Shown: positions 39,410 to 49,280, counted from the stretch's first letter. The stretch is 57,977 nucleotides of DNA from an uncultured bacterium (GCA_903935195.1 CAIZQW010000151.1:1-57977); one strand, 5' to 3'. A program made the numbers and translations. Notes: a model not told the origin generated them from the letters alone.

Positions 39410-40282
39410 ATGGCAGACTTAGATGATATTCGCGATGGTAAGGAGTATGGACTTGGTATTGAACAGAAGAACGAGAAGTATTTCCTTAAAGGCTCGGCCA
39501 ACCTGAACTGGGGCATGAAGGACCGTTTGAGCCGTATCTTCAATCCGAAGACTGGCAACAGCGTGATGCTGGCGTTCGACCATGGCTTTTTAATGGGGCC
39601 AACCTCTGGTTTGGAACGTATTGACCTGACGATCACCCCGCTCATGAAATATGCGGATTGCTTGATGTGCGCGCGCGGGGTTCTGACGGCGTTGGTTCCC
39701 ACGACGCTCCGTAAGCCCGTCTGCTTGCGTTCGGATGCCGGATCAACGATCTTGACCGAGATGAACCACAATGTGGTCATGGATGTCAAGAATGCCGTTG
39801 CCCTGAATGCCTCTGCGATGGCAGTCATGGTCGGTATCGGTGATCCGACGTGCGAAGCTGAAACCGTGGCGAATTTGTATCGCACGGTGGATGCGGCCCA
39901 GCCGTATGGTATTCCTGTCATGGGCGTGACCGCGGTCGGCAAGGACATGGTGCGCGATGCCCGTTATTTCGGACTCGCTGCGCGGGTCTGCGCGGAAAAT
40001 GGAGCCAATATTGTCAAAACTTACTACACCGAGGGCTTTGAGAAGGTTGTGGCGTGCTGCCCGGTGCCTATCGTGATTGCAGGTGGCAAGAAGCTTCCTG
40101 AGCTGGAAGCCCTGGAATTGGCCTATAAAGCCATCCAGAGCGGTGCGGCAGGCGTGGACATGGGACGCAACGTCTTCCAGTCCGATGCCCCTGCAGCCAT
40201 CATCCAAGCGATTGGCGCAGTTGTCCATAAGGGCATGAAGCCAGCTGAGGCACTTCAGATGTTTAACGATCTGAAGAAGTAG
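39410..40282 (+). CDS. lsrF: LsrF-like 3-hydroxy-5-phosphonooxypentane-2,4-dione thiolase (DhnA-type aldolase fold)
   Basis: MADLDDIRDGK, WGMKDRLSRIF, MLAFDHG..MGPT.GLERID, VKTYY, VIAGGKK, GVDMGRN.FQS. Confidence 0.9.
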   Translation: MADLDDIRDGKEYGLGIEQKNEKYFLKGSANLNWGMKDRLSRIFNPKTGNSVMLAFDHGFLMGPTSGLERIDLTITPLMKYADCLMCARGVLTALVPTTLRKPVCLRSDAGSTILTEMNHNVVMDVKNAVALNASAMAVMVGIGDPTCEAETVANLYRTVDAAQPYGIPVMGVTAVGKDMVRDARYFGLAARVCAENGANIVKTYYTEGFEKVVACCPVPIVIAGGKKLPELEALELAYKAIQSGAAGVDMGRNVFQSDAPAAIIQAIGAVVHKGMKPAEALQMFNDLKK

Positions 40283-40335
40283 GCAGTTGCAGTTGGCAGC
40301 CGGCTTCGCTGGAGCTACGCCGCGCCAGGGTAGCA
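40283..40335. repeat. CAGTTGG heptamers plus variant REP-like hairpin
   Basis: gcagttgcagttggcagc CGGC-TTCGCTGGAGCTAC-GCCG cgccagggtag. Confidence 0.7.
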
Positions 40336-40339
40336 AATA

Positions 40340-40376
40340 AAAAAGGCTGGGTTTCATTACGAAACCCAGCCTTTTT
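40340..40376. terminator. Bidirectional rho-independent terminator
   Basis: AAAAAGGCTGGGTTTC-attac-GAAACCCAGCCTTTTT between convergent genes. Confidence 0.9.
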
Positions 40377-40397
40377 CTTTTCGATACGTGTGTCAGA

Positions 40398-41060
40398 CTA
40401 CAGGTCTTTACCGTAGATTTCGATCTCCGTGTAGTGGTTCATCTCGTTGGAGGTGTTGCCACGGCTGGTGAAACGGACATAACGGCCCTTGACACTGCCG
40501 ATGGCAAAGGGACGTCCTTCATTTGTCTCAATGTACTCCTTGTCCTTGCCCTTGCCAAGCTTGGAAGAGTTATCATGATCATTGTTGAAGACGGTTTGCA
40601 CGCCGTCAATGAAGTCAGGGTCATTTGAGATCTGGCAGACGACATCGCGATAGACGCGAGCTTCGCCGTGGAAGTGCCAGACGCAGGCTGCATCGACCTG
40701 TTTCTCTTTACCGAGATCAATCTGTACCCATTGGGTGTTTGGCCCCAGCTCCACATACGTGGTGGCGTCATGATCCTTATCACCGTCAGTGACGAAGCCA
40801 AGCTCGCCAATGATGGGTTCAGAATCACTGGAGGTGACCTTGCAGCCCTTCGAGATCACTTTTGTTCCTGTTGGGACCTGAATCGGGTCGCGGGGTTTAC
40901 CATTCCGAGCCTCTTCGAGGTTTTCCGTCTTGATGTCTTTTGGGGTTCCTGTAAAGCAAGGCTTGGGAAGCGCGACTTTAAGGGTTTCCTTCTCCTGTGC
41001 TACAGCAGCAATGACCACGCTCGTGGCAAGTGCTACCATTGTCAGTGTTTTGAGGTTCAT
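40398..41060 (-). CDS. Secreted discoidin (F5/8 type C, galactose-binding-like) domain protein
   Basis: Signal peptide; VTDGD, QWVQIDLG, GRYVR, YTEIEIYG. Confidence 0.75.
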   Translation of the reverse strand: MNLKTLTMVALATSVVIAAVAQEKETLKVALPKPCFTGTPKDIKTENLEEARNGKPRDPIQVPTGTKVISKGCKVTSSDSEPIIGELGFVTDGDKDHDATTYVELGPNTQWVQIDLGKEKQVDAACVWHFHGEARVYRDVVCQISNDPDFIDGVQTVFNNDHDNSSKLGKGKDKEYIETNEGRPFAIGSVKGRYVRFTSRGNTSNEMNHYTEIEIYGKDL

Positions 41061-41184
41061 GGTGTCTCTCCTTGTCTGCTTCTTGCGAAGCGTATTGGTT
41101 AGTTAAAATTGTTGGGTAATTATCACACAAGTCCGTGTTGTTTGTCCAGTCAGAATCTATGAATGAAGCGCAGTTATGCAATCA

Positions 41185-42126
41185 CTATTGACGTTCTAAA
41201 AAGTGATACGCTTTTACAGGGGAAATCACCTTGTCCATCCAAAGAGGCTGGTCCCTTGCAAGGAGTGCACCACACCTGGGCAGTTGGTCGCACGTTGCTT
41301 TTATTTCACGCCAGGTCATTGCGAGAAACGATGTTGACAACGCATCTGCCACAGCTGCTGTGGGTGCACAGGACCATGCCCCTGCATGTCGCGATGCTGC
41401 CATTCCTTTTCGAACATCCACAATGTGCAGGCCATTGACATCAAAACCTGAACCGCTGATCGCTGCGTCCTCCAGTCGCACACTGTCCAGTCCAGTACGC
41501 ACCTTCCAATCTCCACCGACGCCGACTGGCCACCCTTTTTGGCCATCTCCCATCGATCCACGTGCTAGAACACTACTCGTTCCGCCATGCATCAAGAAAT
41601 TCGTGAATTCCCACTCACCTAACAGCATATCACATGCCAAGTCTAAAGCGTACCCTTTGCCAATGGCGCCGAAGTCGAGTTCAAGAGGGGTATTGGCTCC
41701 GTTACGATCCGGAGCGACAGCCACGAGATAGTTTTCGGTATCGATGATCAGGCGGTTCATCCCACAGGTGGCAAAGGCTGCATCGAGTTCCGATTGTGTC
41801 AGTCCCTTCCAGCGGTGATTCACCTGCCGCAGCTTGTCCATGACTGTTCCAACCGTGACATCAAAGACGCCTTGGGTCGCTTGGCAGATCTTGGTTGAGA
41901 TCAAGAGGAGCTCCATCATCTCTGGATCTACACGGAAGGTCTCACCTGGTTTCAGATGACTGATGAGAGCCACCTCGCTGACATCAAGAAACCGGCTGAG
42001 GAGATTCTCCAGCCGGTCAATCCGTTCAAATATTTTATGTGCTGCACTGGCTGCAAGTCTCTCCTCTTCGCCGACGATCATCAGCGCGAAGAGGGTAGAC
42101 ATCGCCTTGTGTTCATAGGTGAACAT
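41185..42126 (-). CDS. apbE: FAD:protein FMN transferase (ApbE family), no obvious signal peptide
   Basis: AMSTLF, LSRF..SEV, GVFDVT, LDFGAIGKGYALD, HIVD, ADALST; ATG overlaps the upstream stop (TAATG). Confidence 0.85.
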   Translation of the reverse strand: MFTYEHKAMSTLFALMIVGEEERLAASAAHKIFERIDRLENLLSRFLDVSEVALISHLKPGETFRVDPEMMELLLISTKICQATQGVFDVTVGTVMDKLRQVNHRWKGLTQSELDAAFATCGMNRLIIDTENYLVAVAPDRNGANTPLELDFGAIGKGYALDLACDMLLGEWEFTNFLMHGGTSSVLARGSMGDGQKGWPVGVGGDWKVRTGLDSVRLEDAAISGSGFDVNGLHIVDVRKGMAASRHAGAWSCAPTAAVADALSTSFLAMTWREIKATCDQLPRCGALLARDQPLWMDKVISPVKAYHFLERQ

Positions 42127-44945
42127 TATTCCTTGCGTCCACCAGTGATCAGCATCCACGTGGCGATTGCCAAGAAGGAGAAGGTCACGCAACGATGCAT
42201 CTTGAGCATGATCCACTGCCAGTCAGTACCAAACCACGTCATCATCGGAGCAACTGCGGTGAAGACCACCAAGATGCCGACGATGAGCATGATCATCCAA
42301 ATGGTGTTTCGCTTAGGATTGGTGATCCGCTTGGAACCACGGAACCAGATCAGGGCAAGTAGGCAGGTGGCGAAGAGACCACCGGCCACCATGTGGAAGA
42401 TCAGGACATAACCTGTCATGAGATGCAAGAACCAACCCAGCAAGCCGGAAAGGGCCAAATAGGCGCTTGCCAATATAATGCCCCAAACTGCGCTCGTTTC
42501 AGCTAAAGCCAGGAGGTCTTGGAACTTGGTGTGGCGAGCCCTATAGACTTCTTCACGCTTGAGTAACGCAGGGATGGCAACAGAGATAAAGGCGATAGCC
42601 ACCATGACGACAAAGGCAAAGACCACCCAGAGGAAGATCTTGAAGAGGGGCCTCATCAGGAAGGTCGAACCAAAAAGCTTGTTGTAACTGCTGGAGAGTC
42701 CCATGTAGGCGATCTGGGGCTTGACCAGCTTCTTCGTCGTCAGCAACGGTCCGGTCGATTCGACATTGGCAAAGAAGAACGTGGAGCTCACGGTATGGCA
42801 GTCCGCGCACTTGGCAGGCTTGGCACCACGCGCCATGCGTGCACCCCTGACATCGTGTCCAAAGGACCAGGAGACGGCTTGAGCAGCCTTCTCCTCTTTT
42901 GACTCAAGGGTTCCGTTGGCAGTGAGGGACCACACCTGTCCATGAGCAACATAGACAGTGTCCGCTTTCCCAGCCGCTTTGAGTGTTTTTAACCCTGTCG
43001 CAACCATCTCTTCTGTGATGGAATACTCTGTTCCTGCAAGGATGGTTGCATTTTTGATGACATAGTCAGAGAGGACTGGCTTGAAGGCGCCCTCTTTGTA
43101 CCAGCCAATGGCGATCTGTTCTTTGGGTAATGAGGCTTGTGCGGTGATGACACCATCGCCTTCGCCACCCCGGTAATAAATCTTGCCTTTTAAGATAACT
43201 GCGCCATACCCGTTGCCAATGGCCAAGGGAGAAGCATCCAATGTCTGAAGCAGATTTTTGAGGAACGTCTTCTTCGCTGTCAATTCCTCCTCGACTGCTT
43301 TTCCTGCAGCTGTTTTGACTTTCTGTACTGCCTCTTCTTGTAGGTTCGTGCTACTTGCTTTGTAGGCTTTTTCAGCTACGAGTCCAGCAGCTTCTTTCAG
43401 TTGGGCGAGGTCGGCATCGGGATCAAAATCAGCGACAGCACGGACAAAGGTTCCCTCTGACTTGTACCAGAATCCATCCGCAACCGAAGCCTTGCCGTCG
43501 GGTATCGCAACCGCATCAATGTTTTTCTTGTAGGCTTGTCCATTCGTGACAAAGACCGGGATGCCAGGAATGTTCGGATCCGTGGCTAATGCTTCCAGAA
43601 CAGCGCCAACCTGTTCGCGAACCGTAAGGTCTTGTTTGGCGATCTCCATCACCTTCTCAGGGGTGAGGGGTGTGAGTTTATCACCATTCCGCGTGGCCCA
43701 ATACGAAGGCCAGACCATGCGACGGGGTTCAATCTTGCCCTCTGAATTGCGGACAAAGACTGGTTCCATGATGAAAGGTTGCGGCGTGACCCAGCGGGCG
43801 CGGCCATAGATGCCCATGCGATTTGCACGCGAGGTGCGGACTTGAGCCAATTCACCCTTATCAGTGACGCCGGAGTGGCAGGTGGTGCAGCTGAGTTTGT
43901 CAAAGTGTGTGACAGGAATGCCGACGTGCTTGGGCATGGGCGCACCAAAGCGTCCGGTTTCAGCTCCCTTGCCGCCGAGATGGCATCCAGCGCAGCTTGC
44001 GGTTGCGCGGGTCTTGTCCATCTTACCCGTATTATCACCCAGGTAACCACGGGCTATTCCATGGTCAAGACCATTCGCATGGCAATCTGTACAGGTCATG
44101 CCCGCGCGCAAATGGACATCTCCATCAATGTCTTTGCTGTGCATCCCGACCTGCGTTGTCGAGTGACAGTTCAGGCAGTTCTCATTGCGTGGCTTGCCCA
44201 GTTCCAGGACGGTACGATTCTTAACATCAAATTTGCTCTTGTCGTAGACGACATGAGGGGGTACGGCATAGATGGAATCATCCTTATTGAGTCCCCGCAT
44301 AACACCCCAGTAATCCCCAACGCGTTCGCCCATGCCACGCACGTCACCCAGACCGAGTGCGCCTGTGGCAGCCCAGCGGAAGTTTTGACGCGTGACGAGA
44401 CGTGCCCATTCGCTGTGATCATACGCTTTGTCCGTGCTATGGCAGGCAAAACAGTTGATCTCCATAGTACCAGAGACTTCCCAGCGCGCATGGGGACCGC
44501 CCTCAGCATAGAGATCAACGGGATCAGCGACATCGCCACCTGGCATATTGCGACCAAAGGTGTGGGTCCACTGCCAATTCGACATACCGATGTCAGAGGG
44601 CTTGTAGAGTCCGGGCCAATCGCGCAAGCCCATGGGGATCTGTGAGCCGCTGACCGGGTCAATCAGGAACCAGGGTTGCGCAGGACGTCCGCACGGTGCA
44701 TTCGTCTTGGACATGTTGAAATGCCATCCCCCTGCGATCGTGTCATAATCGTGGCACTGACCGCACGTCTGACGTGTGCTCACGGGCAATACGTTCTGCG
44801 CATCAGGGACGATGAGATCACCAAACTCATCATTGAGGGTCAGGCGGTGTACAGGGAGTACACGCCCGCCATCGTAGTGGGATTCGACGGAGGCAACAGC
44901 CGAGCCTGCTGCAAGGGCAAGTGTAATAAATAGTAAGTTTCGCAT
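42126..44945 (-). CDS. Multiheme c-type cytochrome (7 CxxCH) with C-terminal His-containing transmembrane domain
   Basis: Signal peptide MRNLLFITLALAAGSAVA; CGQCH, CFACH, CLNCH, CTDCH, CAGCH, CTTCH, CADCH; about 4-5 C-terminal hydrophobic helices with FLHL, IFHM and KMHR. Confidence 0.85.
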   Translation of the reverse strand: MRNLLFITLALAAGSAVASVESHYDGGRVLPVHRLTLNDEFGDLIVPDAQNVLPVSTRQTCGQCHDYDTIAGGWHFNMSKTNAPCGRPAQPWFLIDPVSGSQIPMGLRDWPGLYKPSDIGMSNWQWTHTFGRNMPGGDVADPVDLYAEGGPHARWEVSGTMEINCFACHSTDKAYDHSEWARLVTRQNFRWAATGALGLGDVRGMGERVGDYWGVMRGLNKDDSIYAVPPHVVYDKSKFDVKNRTVLELGKPRNENCLNCHSTTQVGMHSKDIDGDVHLRAGMTCTDCHANGLDHGIARGYLGDNTGKMDKTRATASCAGCHLGGKGAETGRFGAPMPKHVGIPVTHFDKLSCTTCHSGVTDKGELAQVRTSRANRMGIYGRARWVTPQPFIMEPVFVRNSEGKIEPRRMVWPSYWATRNGDKLTPLTPEKVMEIAKQDLTVREQVGAVLEALATDPNIPGIPVFVTNGQAYKKNIDAVAIPDGKASVADGFWYKSEGTFVRAVADFDPDADLAQLKEAAGLVAEKAYKASSTNLQEEAVQKVKTAAGKAVEEELTAKKTFLKNLLQTLDASPLAIGNGYGAVILKGKIYYRGGEGDGVITAQASLPKEQIAIGWYKEGAFKPVLSDYVIKNATILAGTEYSITEEMVATGLKTLKAAGKADTVYVAHGQVWSLTANGTLESKEEKAAQAVSWSFGHDVRGARMARGAKPAKCADCHTVSSTFFFANVESTGPLLTTKKLVKPQIAYMGLSSSYNKLFGSTFLMRPLFKIFLWVVFAFVVMVAIAFISVAIPALLKREEVYRARHTKFQDLLALAETSAVWGIILASAYLALSGLLGWFLHLMTGYVLIFHMVAGGLFATCLLALIWFRGSKRITNPKRNTIWMIMLIVGILVVFTAVAPMMTWFGTDWQWIMLKMHRCVTFSFLAIATWMLITGGRKE

Positions 44946-44961
44946 AGTGAATATCCTGTTA

Positions 44962-44994
44962 GTCAGACATGTCAGACAGGTCGGACCTGTCTGA
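44962..44994. repeat. GTCAGACAT-type nonamer array forming a palindrome
   Basis: gtcagacat gtcagacag gtcggacct gtctga; TCAGACAGGTC-g-GACCTGTCTGA. Confidence 0.7.
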
Positions 44995-45014
44995 ACTATT
45001 GGGCTCCTCAATTC

Positions 45015-46370
45015 TTACACGTGAAAATCTTCTGGCTTGAAATAGATGGTCTTGCGCTGTGCAACCGAATCATTTGCCGCCAAAACAGCCACAGCTGATT
45101 CGTAGGCCAGCAGGGCAGGGCAGTTCAATGCTTCCGGTTTATTCTTACGCACGGCAAAGAAGAAGTTTTCAAGGTGAGGCATGTGAGCCGGCTTGAGCAG
45201 GTCCACAGGCAATGGCCACCCATCCGCTTGCGCCGAGACACGCGCATCAATCGCAACCTTGGTTGTGACTTCACGCGCAACGGTCTTCTTCGGCTGAACA
45301 ACGAGACCCTTCTGAGCATAGAGCGCCCAGGCATTTTCATCAGGGGCGCCTGCGCGGATTTCGCGCTGGACGGTGTTACCGCGTGCAGAGATCTCCGAGA
45401 TGGTCAGGGAGCCATTTTCACCCATGAACTGCTCATAGAAGCCGCCACGGCTGGAGGTCGTGAGCACCTGATAATAGGCGCGGTTAATCTTGCCCTCTTT
45501 TGTCTTAAATTCATACATGGCCATGACATTGTCGTTCATCTGGCGGTCATAGTAATCGTTACCGCCAATGGCCGTGACAGAGATCGGTTGGCAATCCCAG
45601 ACCCAGAAGAAGAGGTCAATCTGGTGCGAGCCAAGATCCACCATGGGTCCGCCGCCGTACTTGGAGAACCAACGCCAATTGAGGAACTGCTCCATGTTCT
45701 CGTAGCCATACTTCTGCAAGGTTTCAAGGGCAATCGGTTTCTTGACCGTCAGGAACGGTGCAACGGAACGATTCCATTGAGCATAGGCGTGCGTGACGCG
45801 TCCGAGCATGTTTTCCTTGCGGATCACATTGTTGAAAGCGTGCATGTAACGCGGATTCGAACGGCGCTGATGGCCGATCTGAAGAATTTTACCGGTCTCG
45901 CGTTGGCAGAGCACCATCTCTTTGGCCTTGGCAAGCTGATTGGACATCTCTTTTTCGCAATAGACATGCTTGCCAGCGCGTAGGCAGGCGCAGGTGTGTT
46001 CTGCATGCATCCAGTCGGGTGTCGCAATGATCACGGCATCAAAATTCTTGCCCTCTTTGTCCAGCATCTCACGGTAATCTTCATAGGTGGTGACCTCATG
46101 GCCGAGGGAGCGCATACGCCCTTTAGCCAATTGACGGCGAAGCAACCACACGTCGCAGACTGCTGTGAAGCGGACGCCTGGAATCTTCATGGCGGCATCG
46201 CAGAGGATTTCACCTTCAGCACCGTACCCGATCACAGCGACCTTGATGTCATCATCTTTAGGGCCGATGGTCATGCCGTTTTGCTGACTCAGAATGTTGA
46301 AGGTTGGCAGGAAGGTCGCTGCTGCTGCGCTTCCCTTGAGGAATGTTCTGCGGTTAAATGTTGTGTTCAT
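45015..46370 (-). CDS. Tat-exported Gfo/Idh/MocA NAD(P)-dependent oxidoreductase
   Basis: NRRTFLK twin-arginine signal; VIGYGAEG, IATPDWMH, HVYCEKEM, QIGHQRRS, GGPMVDLGSHQID. Confidence 0.92.
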   Translation of the reverse strand: MNTTFNRRTFLKGSAAAATFLPTFNILSQQNGMTIGPKDDDIKVAVIGYGAEGEILCDAAMKIPGVRFTAVCDVWLLRRQLAKGRMRSLGHEVTTYEDYREMLDKEGKNFDAVIIATPDWMHAEHTCACLRAGKHVYCEKEMSNQLAKAKEMVLCQRETGKILQIGHQRRSNPRYMHAFNNVIRKENMLGRVTHAYAQWNRSVAPFLTVKKPIALETLQKYGYENMEQFLNWRWFSKYGGGPMVDLGSHQIDLFFWVWDCQPISVTAIGGNDYYDRQMNDNVMAMYEFKTKEGKINRAYYQVLTTSSRGGFYEQFMGENGSLTISEISARGNTVQREIRAGAPDENAWALYAQKGLVVQPKKTVAREVTTKVAIDARVSAQADGWPLPVDLLKPAHMPHLENFFFAVRKNKPEALNCPALLAYESAVAVLAANDSVAQRKTIYFKPEDFHV

Positions 46371-46432
46371 GGTTTTTTCTCCTAGCGGACAACCTCAGAG
46401 GCCATCCAGACAGTGTGTTAGTTCCTTTGTTC

Positions 46433-48058
46433 TTACATCCGGGTGTAACGTGGACCGTCTCCGCCTTGCGGGAAGTTCCACTCGATATTGAGATAGGGGT
46501 CCTTGACTTGACAGGTCTTGCAATGCAAACAGTTCGAGAAGTCAATGTGAACATGTCCCTCTTCCACCCTATAAACCTCGGCCGGGCAGAAACGTTGGCA
46601 GGGGGCTCCATACTTGAGGAGGCACTCCCGGCATGTGGCACGATCCTTAATCTTTAAGTGGCACGGCTGATCTTCATCATGAATCGTGCCAGACATGAAG
46701 ACGTCGGTCAAACGGTCAGGTGAAGTAGGGGTCGCAGGGAGTGATTGAGGAGGAGGAAGCTTGCCGCCCTTGAGGGGGTGTAGCTCCTCATGATCAGGCG
46801 ACATTTTTACCATCCAGAAGGGCAGGAGCCCCTTCAATGCCCAAGCCAGTCCAGCACTCATGACGCCTAAACCAAGGAATGTGGAGAAGGGTGCACGAAC
46901 ATTTTTCACGCGCCTCAGTTGTTTCCACCCGGAGGTCGCTTTTAGACGCTTGGTATAAGGCTTGAGGGCCTCGTAAGAAAAATCATTGGCATTCCAGCAG
47001 GCAGCTAGGGTCTGGGCTGCAGCGACGCCGGACTGCATACTGATGTGTACACCTTTGATACGAAGTGTGTCCACGAGTCCCGCTCCGTCCCCAACGATCA
47101 GTGCACCGTCTGCAACGACTTCCGGCACGGAGTAGTATCCACCTTCAGGGATCACTTTGGCGCCGTATGCGACCGACTTGCCGCCAGCGATGTGCTGGGC
47201 GACCGACGGGTGCCTCTTGAAGAGTCGGAAGAGGGTATGCGGATCCTTCTCTGGTTGCGTGTAGTCCAAGGCGTAGGCGTAACAGATCATCACCTGGGTC
47301 GCTGAGACGTGATAAACGAAGCCACCGCCGTACGTTGACCAGTCTGCCGGATATCCGAAGGTGTGGTCAATCTCGCCAGCCCGTTCTTCGTTGGCTGGCA
47401 CTTCAATAACTTCCTTGATGCCGAGTGCGTAGGATTGATCGCCGCGCAGGCTGTAGAGACCCTTGCTTTTAATCAGTTTCTCAGTCAGGATGCCGCAACC
47501 CCCTTCGCCCAGAACCACGGTCTTGGCGTAAATGGCTTCGCCTGGCAGGTGGTTCTCTTTGGGTTTACCGTCACGGTCAACACCCTTCGCGCCCGTGCGC
47601 GCCCCGATGATGCGACCCTTGGCGTCCTCAATCAGTTCCGTCACTGCAAAGCTGGTAAAGATCTGGGCTCCCTCTTTTTCACAGAGCTGAGCAAAGTATT
47701 GTGTGAGCTTGGTCAGGGAGCCCACTGGGAAACCATGAGCTTGCATCATCGGCGGAACCCAGGGAATCTTCATCGCAATCTTCTTGTTAAAGAGCATGTG
47801 GAACGATTCCTTGGTCACACGCGCTTCAATGGGCATCTTCGCGATTTCCTCGGGTGTCAGCAAACCTTCAAAACCTTCGGGGTCAATCACTGCGCCAGAG
47901 AGAATATGGTTGCCGATGCTGCGGCTCTTTTCAACAATGGTCACACGAGGCAACTTCTTTCCTTGAGCCTTCAGTGTGCGTAAGAGAGATAGGGCTGTTG
48001 AGAGCGACGCGATGCCCGCTCCAATGCACAGAATGTCAGTCTCTAATTTTTTGGCCAT
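46433..48058 (-). CDS. ETF:quinone oxidoreductase (FixC+FixX-like fusion)
   Basis: IGAGIA, HILSGAV, GIKE, HTFGYP, YGAKVIPEGG, GDGAG, KGVH; C-terminal CQRFCPAEVY...NCLHCKTCQVKDP...WNFPQGGDGPRY. Confidence 0.92.
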   Translation of the reverse strand: MAKKLETDILCIGAGIASLSTALSLLRTLKAQGKKLPRVTIVEKSRSIGNHILSGAVIDPEGFEGLLTPEEIAKMPIEARVTKESFHMLFNKKIAMKIPWVPPMMQAHGFPVGSLTKLTQYFAQLCEKEGAQIFTSFAVTELIEDAKGRIIGARTGAKGVDRDGKPKENHLPGEAIYAKTVVLGEGGCGILTEKLIKSKGLYSLRGDQSYALGIKEVIEVPANEERAGEIDHTFGYPADWSTYGGGFVYHVSATQVMICYAYALDYTQPEKDPHTLFRLFKRHPSVAQHIAGGKSVAYGAKVIPEGGYYSVPEVVADGALIVGDGAGLVDTLRIKGVHISMQSGVAAAQTLAACWNANDFSYEALKPYTKRLKATSGWKQLRRVKNVRAPFSTFLGLGVMSAGLAWALKGLLPFWMVKMSPDHEELHPLKGGKLPPPQSLPATPTSPDRLTDVFMSGTIHDEDQPCHLKIKDRATCRECLLKYGAPCQRFCPAEVYRVEEGHVHIDFSNCLHCKTCQVKDPYLNIEWNFPQGGDGPRYTRM

Positions 48059-48080
48059 AGTGTAAATTCCTTAAGGGTGG

Positions 48081-49277
48081 CTAGCTTTTGGATTCCAGTG
48101 CATCAATCAGAAGCGGAACGATTTCAAACAAGTCACCGACGATGCCCAGGTCCGCCACGCCAAAGATGGGCGCGTTTGGATCGGAGTTGATGGCGATAAT
48201 CGTGTCAGAAGCACGCATGCCCTCCAGATGTTGAATCGCACCAGAGATGCCAATCGCGATATAGATCTTCGGGCAGACGGTCTTTCCTGTCTGTCCAACC
48301 TGTCGGGCGGCGGTTGTCCAGCCCGCATCAACGCAGGCGCGTGAGACACCGACCACACCGCCGATGAGCTTGGCCAGTGTTGAGAGCATCTCCATGTTCT
48401 CAGCCTTCTTAAGACCGCGTCCACCTGCGATGATGATTTCCGCCTCGGCGATGTTGAGAGTTGAGGTGCTATGCTCGGCTTTGATAATTTTGGTCCGTGC
48501 TGTCATGAGCTTCAGCGCTTCAATGAGCGTCTCACCTGTACGTTTGGCATCCGGAGCCGCCATCTTAAAGACCTTGGGACGGACCGTCGCCATTTGCGGG
48601 CGATGGTTGGGCGTCATGATCGTGGCCATGATGTTGCCACCGAAGGCCGGACGCGTCTGGTGGAGGAGGTAAGTCTCCTTGTCAATCGAGAGGGCCGTGC
48701 AATCTGCTGTCAAACCGGTATGTGCGCGAACGGCTACCTTGGCAATAAAGGCGCGTCCAATCGCCGTTGCGCCCGCAAGGATCACCTCGGGTTTGTACTT
48801 GGCAATCAATTGGTGGAGTGCATCAGAGTAGACATCTGCTTCATACGCGGCGAGTTCCGGCTGATCAACAATATAAACGCGGTCAGCACCCGCAGCAATG
48901 AGATGTGAGGCAGAGTCTTTGATGTTGTGTCCGAGAACCACGGCCGCCAAATCACAGCCGCGCTCTTTTGCCAGACGGCGACCGGTTGCCAAGAGTTCGT
49001 ACGCGACCTCTTGGACTTTTCCGTCATGCTGCTCGGCAAAGACCCAGATATCCTTAAACGCTGCGAGACCTGTTGGATTTGAATCTGTCTTTTCAGGTGC
49101 GCTTGAGATCGCCTTGAAGGGGCAGACCTTGACGCAGGCGTTACAGGCACGACACTCTTCTGGTTTAAGAACAGCGAGCTTGCCCTGCATCTCCAGTGCG
49201 TCGAAGGGACAGGCTGTGATACATTTCTTGCAGCCCTTGCACAGGACGGGGTCAATAATGATTGGTGCATCACTCAT
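48081..49277 (-). CDS. etfA: Electron transfer flavoprotein alpha subunit with N-terminal 2x[4Fe-4S] ferredoxin domain
   Basis: CKGCKKCITACP and CRACNACVKVCP; TGLTADCT, RPAFGGN, QVGQTGK, GISGAIQH. Confidence 0.95.
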   Translation of the reverse strand: MSDAPIIIDPVLCKGCKKCITACPFDALEMQGKLAVLKPEECRACNACVKVCPFKAISSAPEKTDSNPTGLAAFKDIWVFAEQHDGKVQEVAYELLATGRRLAKERGCDLAAVVLGHNIKDSASHLIAAGADRVYIVDQPELAAYEADVYSDALHQLIAKYKPEVILAGATAIGRAFIAKVAVRAHTGLTADCTALSIDKETYLLHQTRPAFGGNIMATIMTPNHRPQMATVRPKVFKMAAPDAKRTGETLIEALKLMTARTKIIKAEHSTSTLNIAEAEIIIAGGRGLKKAENMEMLSTLAKLIGGVVGVSRACVDAGWTTAARQVGQTGKTVCPKIYIAIGISGAIQHLEGMRASDTIIAINSDPNAPIFGVADLGIVGDLFEIVPLLIDALESKS

Positions 49278-49280
49278 GAA

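Noticed and set aside
44946-45011. Extra CLTCL motif at the start of the 961-aa ORF as an eighth heme site
   Set aside because: It is the translation of the nonamer repeat upstream of the signal-peptide start at 44945 and lacks the His
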